Shown: in pieces, positions 58,805-64,000 of the stretch
Numbering within the stretch: the stretch's first letter is position 1
Layout: the number at the start of each line of letters is the position of its first letter
Origin: an uncultured Alphaproteobacteria bacterium
GTDB lineage: Bacteria; Pseudomonadota; Alphaproteobacteria; Rhodobacterales; Rhodobacteraceae
DNA: 64,000 nt
Direction: 5' to 3'
NCBI GenBank assembly: GCA_963757495.1
Contig: CAVWRZ010000013.1
Location: forward strand, 9,281-73,280
Position numbers and translations under genes: made by a program
Notes under the pieces: generated by a model
Seen by the model: the letters and a program-made list of their open reading frames with translations, nothing else
Databases searched by the model: none
What the model was told of the DNA's origin: nothing

Positions 58805-59449
58805 ATGCCGCAGACCCTCGAATCGCCCCGGTCCGATACGCCGCCGCCCGCCTTCGTGAGCAACGCCGAGAAGGCCCGGGCGCTGATCGGAATGCTCGAG
58901 CAGGGCGGGACGGCCTCGGCTTCCGTGCCCCCCGAACGTCTGCGGGACTGGGCGGCTGACCTGATCCGCACGGTTGAAGGCGCGCGCGCTGCCGCGCCGG
59001 CGACTTCGGCACCGGCCATCGGACCGGCCCGCCCGGGTCAGCCGGCCCCGGGCCCCGCGCGCCGCAGCCTCTTCACCAACGCGCCCCCCAGGTTGGCCCC
59101 CGCGACCCCGGTTCCGGCCGCGCCTCCTCCCCGGCCCGCGCAGACCGGTCGGCTGACCCTGACGGCTCCGATGCCGCATCGCGCCGTCGTCGACACGGTG
59201 CCCGCGGTCGAGACGGGCGTGCTGACGCCTGCGCAGGTTCGCAGGATCGTATTCGAGACCATCGAGGCAGGGACGCTCGGCCGGGAACATCCGGCCATCG
59301 TGGCACTGACGTTGATGGGCAAGCCCACGTTGGAGCAGGCCGCCGCCCTGCGCCGCCTGCCGGGCGGGCAGGTGCGGGCCGTCCACCGGATGTTGCGGCA
59401 GCTCGAACCCGAACCCGCCCGCACCGGCGCAGTTGCCGTCAGCGGCTGA
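58805..59449 (+). CDS. Hypothetical protein, Pro/Ala-rich linker with C-terminal FliG middle-domain-like motif
   Basis: 214-aa ORF 11 bp after fliP; C-terminal EHPAIVALTL...EQAAALRRLP. Confidence 0.55.
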   Translation: MPQTLESPRSDTPPPAFVSNAEKARALIGMLEQGGTASASVPPERLRDWAADLIRTVEGARAAAPATSAPAIGPARPGQPAPGPARRSLFTNAPPRLAPATPVPAAPPPRPAQTGRLTLTAPMPHRAVVDTVPAVETGVLTPAQVRRIVFETIEAGTLGREHPAIVALTLMGKPTLEQAAALRRLPGGQVRAVHRMLRQLEPEPARTGAVAVSG

Positions 59450-61094
59450 ACTTGCGGTGCAGCACACGCCTTGGCTCCAGCGAATCGGGGCCAAGGCGGC
59501 GGGCCTTGTCCTCCTCGTAGGCCTTGAAGTTGCCCTCGAACCATTCGACGTGGCTGTTGCCCTCGAAGGCGAGAATGTGCGTGCAGAGCCGGTCGAGGAA
59601 AAAGCGGTCGTGGGAGATGACCACGGCGCAGCCGGCGAAATCCTCGATGGCGTCTTCGAGCGCGCGCAGGGTTTCCACGTCCAGGTCGTTGGTCGGCTCG
59701 TCGAGGAGCAGCACGTTGCCGCCATCCTTCAGGAGCCGGGCCATGTGGACGCGGTTGCGCTCCCCGCCAGACAGGATGCCGACCTTCTTCTGCTGGTCGG
59801 AGCCCTTGAAGTTGAAGGCACCGCAATAGGCGCGCGAGGCGATCTCCGCATCGCCCAAGCGGATGATCTCCGCCCCGCCCGAGATCGCCTGCCAGACGTT
59901 CTCCTCGGCGTTCAGGTCGTCGCGCGACTGGTCGACGTAGGAGAGCTTGACCGTATCGCCGAACTCCACCGTGCCCGCATCGGGCGTCTCCTGCCCGGTG
60001 AGCATGCGGAAGAGCGTGGACTTGCCGGCCCCGTTCGCGCCGATCACGCCGACGATCCCGCCGGGCGGCAGCGAGAAGGACAGGTCCTCGAACAGCAGCT
60101 TGTCGCCGTAGGCCTTGGTGATGCCCTCGACCTCGATCACCTTGTTGCCCAGACGCGGGCCGTTCGGGATGATGATCTGCGCCTTGCCGACGCGATCCTT
60201 CTCCGACCGATCCGCCATCTCGTGATAGGCGGCGATCCGGGCCTTGGACTTGGTCTGCCGCGCCTTGGCTCCGGACCGCATCCATTCCAGCTCGCGTTCC
60301 AGCGTCTTCCCGCGGGACTTGTCCTCCTTGGCCTCCTGCTGGAGCCGCTTCGCCTTCTGCTCGACCCAGGCGGAGTAGTTCCCTTCGTACGGGATGCCGC
60401 GGCCGCGCTCCAACTCCAGAATCCAGGACGTGATGTCGTCGAGGAAATAGCGGTCGTGGGTGACGATCAGGATCGTGCCCTTGTAGTCGATCAGATGCCG
60501 TTGCAGCCAGGCGATGGTCTCCGCATCGAGGTGGTTCGTCGGCTCGTCGAGCAGCAGCATGTCGGGCGCGTCGAGCAGCAGCTTGCACAGCGCCACCCGC
60601 CGCCGTTCGCCGCCCGAGAGCGTCGCCGGGTTCGCATCGTCGGGCGGGCAGCGCAGCGCTTCGAGCGCGATGTCCACGCGGCTGTCGAGATCCCATAGGT
60701 TCTTGGCGTCGATCTCGTCCTGCAGGAGGCCCATCTCCTCGGCGGTCTCGTCCGAGTAGTTCATCGCCAGCTCGTTGTAGCGGTCGAGGATGGCCTGCTG
60801 TGCGGCCACCCCCTCCATCACGTTCTCCCGCACCGTCTTGGAATCGTCCAGGTCCGGCTCCTGGCTGAGGTAGCCGATCTTGGCCCCCTCGGCGGCCCAG
60901 GCTTCGCCCTGGAAATCCTTGTCCTGACCGGCCATGATCCGCATCAGCGACGACTTTCCCGTGCCGTTCACGCCCACGACGCCGATCTTCACGCCGGGCA
61001 GGAACGACAGGCGGATGTTCTCGAACACCTTCTTGCCGCCGGGATAGGTCTTGGACACGCCGTCCATGTGATAGACGTACTGATAGCTCGCCAT
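59439..61094 (-). CDS. ettA: Energy-dependent translational throttle protein (ABC-F)
   Basis: [51 protein letters not shown], second [23 protein letters not shown]...YEEDK.RRLG. Confidence 0.95.
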   Translation of the reverse strand: MASYQYVYHMDGVSKTYPGGKKVFENIRLSFLPGVKIGVVGVNGTGKSSLMRIMAGQDKDFQGEAWAAEGAKIGYLSQEPDLDDSKTVRENVMEGVAAQQAILDRYNELAMNYSDETAEEMGLLQDEIDAKNLWDLDSRVDIALEALRCPPDDANPATLSGGERRRVALCKLLLDAPDMLLLDEPTNHLDAETIAWLQRHLIDYKGTILIVTHDRYFLDDITSWILELERGRGIPYEGNYSAWVEQKAKRLQQEAKEDKSRGKTLERELEWMRSGAKARQTKSKARIAAYHEMADRSEKDRVGKAQIIIPNGPRLGNKVIEVEGITKAYGDKLLFEDLSFSLPPGGIVGVIGANGAGKSTLFRMLTGQETPDAGTVEFGDTVKLSYVDQSRDDLNAEENVWQAISGGAEIIRLGDAEIASRAYCGAFNFKGSDQQKKVGILSGGERNRVHMARLLKDGGNVLLLDEPTNDLDVETLRALEDAIEDFAGCAVVISHDRFFLDRLCTHILAFEGNSHVEWFEGNFKAYEEDKARRLGPDSLEPRRVLHRKFSR

Positions 61095-61205
61095 GCTCGA
61101 AAGCCTCCGGAAATCGGGTATGCGCGGCATGTATGTCACGCAGGGTCCCGGGGCAACGCCCGCCGGTGGGTTGCGCGGGCGGGCGGCGGCGGTGTTCATG
61201 CGCGC

Positions 61206-61805
61206 ATGAGACACGGGCTTCCCTTCGCGTCACCGGGTCAGGTCGTGGGCCTGCTCGGCGGGTCGTTCGATCCGGCCCACGGCGGGCACGTCCATGTCAC
61301 CCGGGAGGCGCTCAAGCGACTGGGGCTCGACCGGGTGTGGTGGCTGGTCTCCCCGGGCAATCCGCTCAAACCCCGCGGCCCGGCCCCGCTGGCGCGGCGG
61401 ATGGCCCGCGCCCGCGCCCTGATGGATCACCCCCGCGTCGACGTGACGGATGTGGAGGTCCGGCTGGGCACGCGCTACACGGCCCGCACGATCGCGGCGC
61501 TGCGGGCGCGGCATCCCGGAGTGCGCTTCGTCTGGCTCATGGGCGCGGACAACCTCGCGCAGTTCCACCGGTGGCGGGACTGGCGCGGGCTCATGGCATC
61601 GGTTCCCGTCGCGGTCCTCGCCCGGCCCGGCGACCGCATCGCGGCGCGCTCGTCGGTGATGGCCCGGGTCTATCGCCACGCCCGGGTGCCGCCGGCGCGG
61701 GCGCATGGGCTCGGGAGGATGGAGGCGCCGGCCTGGACGTTCCTCGACATGCCGATGCACCCCGCCTCCTCGACCGCGATCCGGCGGGACGGCGGCTGGG
61801 ACTAG
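61206..61805 (+). CDS. nadD: Nicotinate-nucleotide adenylyltransferase
   Basis: [14 protein letters not shown] (HxGH), [31 protein letters not shown]. Confidence 0.93.
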   Translation: MRHGLPFASPGQVVGLLGGSFDPAHGGHVHVTREALKRLGLDRVWWLVSPGNPLKPRGPAPLARRMARARALMDHPRVDVTDVEVRLGTRYTARTIAALRARHPGVRFVWLMGADNLAQFHRWRDWRGLMASVPVAVLARPGDRIAARSSVMARVYRHARVPPARAHGLGRMEAPAWTFLDMPMHPASSTAIRRDGGWD

Positions 61806-62644
61806 CGGCGCAGGAGCACCGTCCCGAGCCCCGCGCCGACCAGCAGCGCCAGCCCCGCGAGGGCGAGCGCATCCGGGAACGTGCCGAAAACGGTCCACCC
61901 CAGCACCGTGGCGGAGACGAGCTGGAAGTAGACGAAGGGGGCCAGGACGGTCGCTCCGGTGCGGCGATAGGCCAGGATCAGCAGCAGGTTGCCCGTGGCG
62001 GACGCCAGCCCCGAGAGCAGCACGAGGCCGGACATGGAAGCGGTGAACGTCGGCACATCCAGCAGCCCCAGCGGAGCCAGCAGCACCGTGCCCAGGACCG
62101 TCTGCGACAGCATGAGCTGCCGGGGCGGGGCGACGTCGGCGAGCCAGCGCGAGGCCGTCAGGAACGCGCCGTAGAAGAGGCCTGCCAGGACCGCGAGGCC
62201 GAGCCCCGGCGTCATCCCGAACCCCGGGCGCACGACGAGCAGCACGCCGCAGAACCCCAGCGCCAGCAGCACCGTCTGCGCCCGCGTCACGCGCTCGCCG
62301 AGCAGCCGGATCGACAGGACGTAGCTGAAGAGCGGGCCGACGAAGAAGGCTCCGAAGACGGTGGCGATCTCCTCCGTGCGCAGCGCCGTCAGGATCGACG
62401 CGATGCCCGCCGCAATGAGCGCCGCGCGCAGCCAGATCCGCCAGTCGCGGTAGAGCGGCCAGTGGATGCGCCCGCCCAGAACGAGGCCGATCATCGCGGC
62501 CCCCACGGCGAAACGCGCGAAGGCGACGAAGAACGGCGAGGCCCCGTGGTCGGTCGTCAGCACCTTGCCCGCCGTGTCCCCCAGGGGGATCAGCGACATG
62601 GCGACGAACATCAACGCAACGGATCCAAGTATCTCGCGTGGCAT
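61802..62644 (-). CDS. DMT/EamA family transporter
   Basis: ~10 TM helices; [30 protein letters not shown]. Confidence 0.88.
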   Translation of the reverse strand: MPREILGSVALMFVAMSLIPLGDTAGKVLTTDHGASPFFVAFARFAVGAAMIGLVLGGRIHWPLYRDWRIWLRAALIAAGIASILTALRTEEIATVFGAFFVGPLFSYVLSIRLLGERVTRAQTVLLALGFCGVLLVVRPGFGMTPGLGLAVLAGLFYGAFLTASRWLADVAPPRQLMLSQTVLGTVLLAPLGLLDVPTFTASMSGLVLLSGLASATGNLLLILAYRRTGATVLAPFVYFQLVSATVLGWTVFGTFPDALALAGLALLVGAGLGTVLLRR

Positions 62645-62751
62645 GACGGGCCGCTATCATCGCGTTCTGCGTCTGCCCAGCGATCATGCGGGGTTCACTT
62701 CATGGCGGGGCCATTGCATCAAGACGCGACGCAACCCGGGGCCGATCACGC

Positions 62752-64000
62752 ATGCGCAGACGTTTCTTCCTGACCGGGGCCCTGACGACCGCGGCCCTGC
62801 CGGCCTGCGCGAACGCGCCCGACCGTTCTGCCCGGCCCGGGGCCAAGCCCGCGGACGCGCTGATCCGCTCCGCACCCGCCGCGAACCGGCTGGTGGATGA
62901 GGCGGGTCTCGGCGGAGACGTCGGTTTCGTCGTGGCCGACGCGCGCACCGGCGAGGTGCTGGAGACCTACAATCCCGTGCGCCCGATGCCGCCCGCTTCG
63001 GTCGCCAAGGCCGTGACCGCTCTCTACGCGCTGGAGACTTTGGGCGCGGACTTCCGGTTCCAGACGCGGCTCGTGGCGACGGGGCCGATCTCGGGCGGGC
63101 GGCTCGACGGCGACCTCGTGCTCGCAGGCGGGGGCGATCCGTCGCTGGACGCCGACGGCCTCCACGATCTCGCCGCGCAGGCCAAGGCGGCAGGGCTGCG
63201 CGAGGTGACGGGGCGGCTGCTGGTCGACGGCTCCGCGCTTCCGGCGGTGGACCGGATCGACCGGACGCAGCCCGAGAACGTCGGCTACAACCCGGCGATC
63301 GGCGGACTGAACCTGAACTTCAACCGCGTGCACTTCGGCTGGACCCGCGGCGGTTCCGGCTACCAGACGACGATGGACGCGCGCACCGACCGCTATCGCC
63401 CCGCCGTGACGACCTCGCGCATGACGGTCGCCGACCGCACGCTCCCGGTCTACACCTACGCACGGGAGGGCGACGTGGACGCCTGGACGGTCGCGCGGGG
63501 GCAGCTCGGCGGCTCGGGGTCGCGCTGGCTGCCGGTGCGCAACCCGGATCTCTACGCCGGCGACGTCCTGCGCACGATGCTGCGCTCCAACGGCATCGTG
63601 GCACCTGCGGCGCGGCGCGGCACCGGGCGGGGGACGACCATCGCCACGGGGCAGAGCGCGTCGCTGGACCGCGTGGCGCAGTCGATGCTGCGTTTCTCCA
63701 CCAACCTCGTGGCGGAGGTGCTCGGGCTCGCGGCCACCTCGCGGCTCGCGGGAACGCCGCGCTCGCTCGGAGGATCGGCCGACACGATGTCCGCCTGGGT
63801 GAACGCGCGCACGGGGACGCGCCGACCCGACTTCGACGACCACTCGGGCCTCAACGGCAGCACGCGCATCTCGGCGTCCGACATGGTGCGGCTGCTGACG
63901 GCGGAGGGCGCGCAGGCGCGGCTGCGGCCGCTACTCAGGGAACTCACGCTCGAAGGCCCGCCCCGTCAGCCGGTGCAGGCCAAGACCGGCACGCTGAACT
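62752..64000 (+). CDS. dacB: D-Ala-D-Ala carboxypeptidase/endopeptidase (PBP4, peptidase S13), runs off the window
   Basis: RR-containing leader; PASVAK (SxxK), GGGDPSL, FSTN (SxN), DHSGL, QAKTGTLN (KTG). Confidence 0.92.
   Translation, partial: MRRRFFLTGALTTAALPACANAPDRSARPGAKPADALIRSAPAANRLVDEAGLGGDVGFVVADARTGEVLETYNPVRPMPPASVAKAVTALYALETLGADFRFQTRLVATGPISGGRLDGDLVLAGGGDPSLDADGLHDLAAQAKAAGLREVTGRLLVDGSALPAVDRIDRTQPENVGYNPAIGGLNLNFNRVHFGWTRGGSGYQTTMDARTDRYRPAVTTSRMTVADRTLPVYTYAREGDVDAWTVARGQLGGSGSRWLPVRNPDLYAGDVLRTMLRSNGIVAPAARRGTGRGTTIATGQSASLDRVAQSMLRFSTNLVAEVLGLAATSRLAGTPRSLGGSADTMSAWVNARTGTRRPDFDDHSGLNGSTRISASDMVRLLTAEGAQARLRPLLRELTLEGPPRQPVQAKTGTLN

Noticed and set aside
58805-59449. 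Calling this ORF fliG
   Set aside because: Too short; lacks recognisable FliG N-terminal and torque-helix C-terminal domains; only a middle-domain-like motif is seen.

Overview
High-GC alphaproteobacterial chromosome segment; gene content and order suggest Rhodobacteraceae/Roseobacter group (inference). Layout: (1) 1-7.05 kb, a polysaccharide/glycoconjugate cluster (wecB, wecC, fused ABC exporter, GT4-sulfotransferase fusion, GT2). (2) 7.2-11.5 kb, decayed IS5, IS66, IS110 and IS1182 sequences lying just 3' of a tRNA-Arg(UCU). (3) 11.9-15.0 kb, three core genes. (4) 15.1-24.2 kb, a second IS-debris region: an IS3/IS2-group element nested in an IS1595 transposase, a TniQ-like fragment, and two inverted IS1182 remnants bracketing a TAXI-TRAP transporter. 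(5) A PAS histidine kinase and a peptide/nickel-type ABC locus with two binding proteins, interrupted by a bciA-like gene and a ccdAB-like toxin-antitoxin pair. (6) putA (three frameshifts) and putR. (7) 38-59.5 kb, a partial fla1-type flagellar cluster with three CtrA-like boxes. (8) ettA, nadD, a DMT transporter and a partial dacB. The main unexplained signal is two families of ~37-46 bp hairpin elements (about 10 and 7 copies). They interrupt transposase reading frames without target duplication, show compensatory stem changes, and were seen by eye only inside IS debris. All annotation comes from motif recognition by eye; no database searches were run, and start codons are best estimates.
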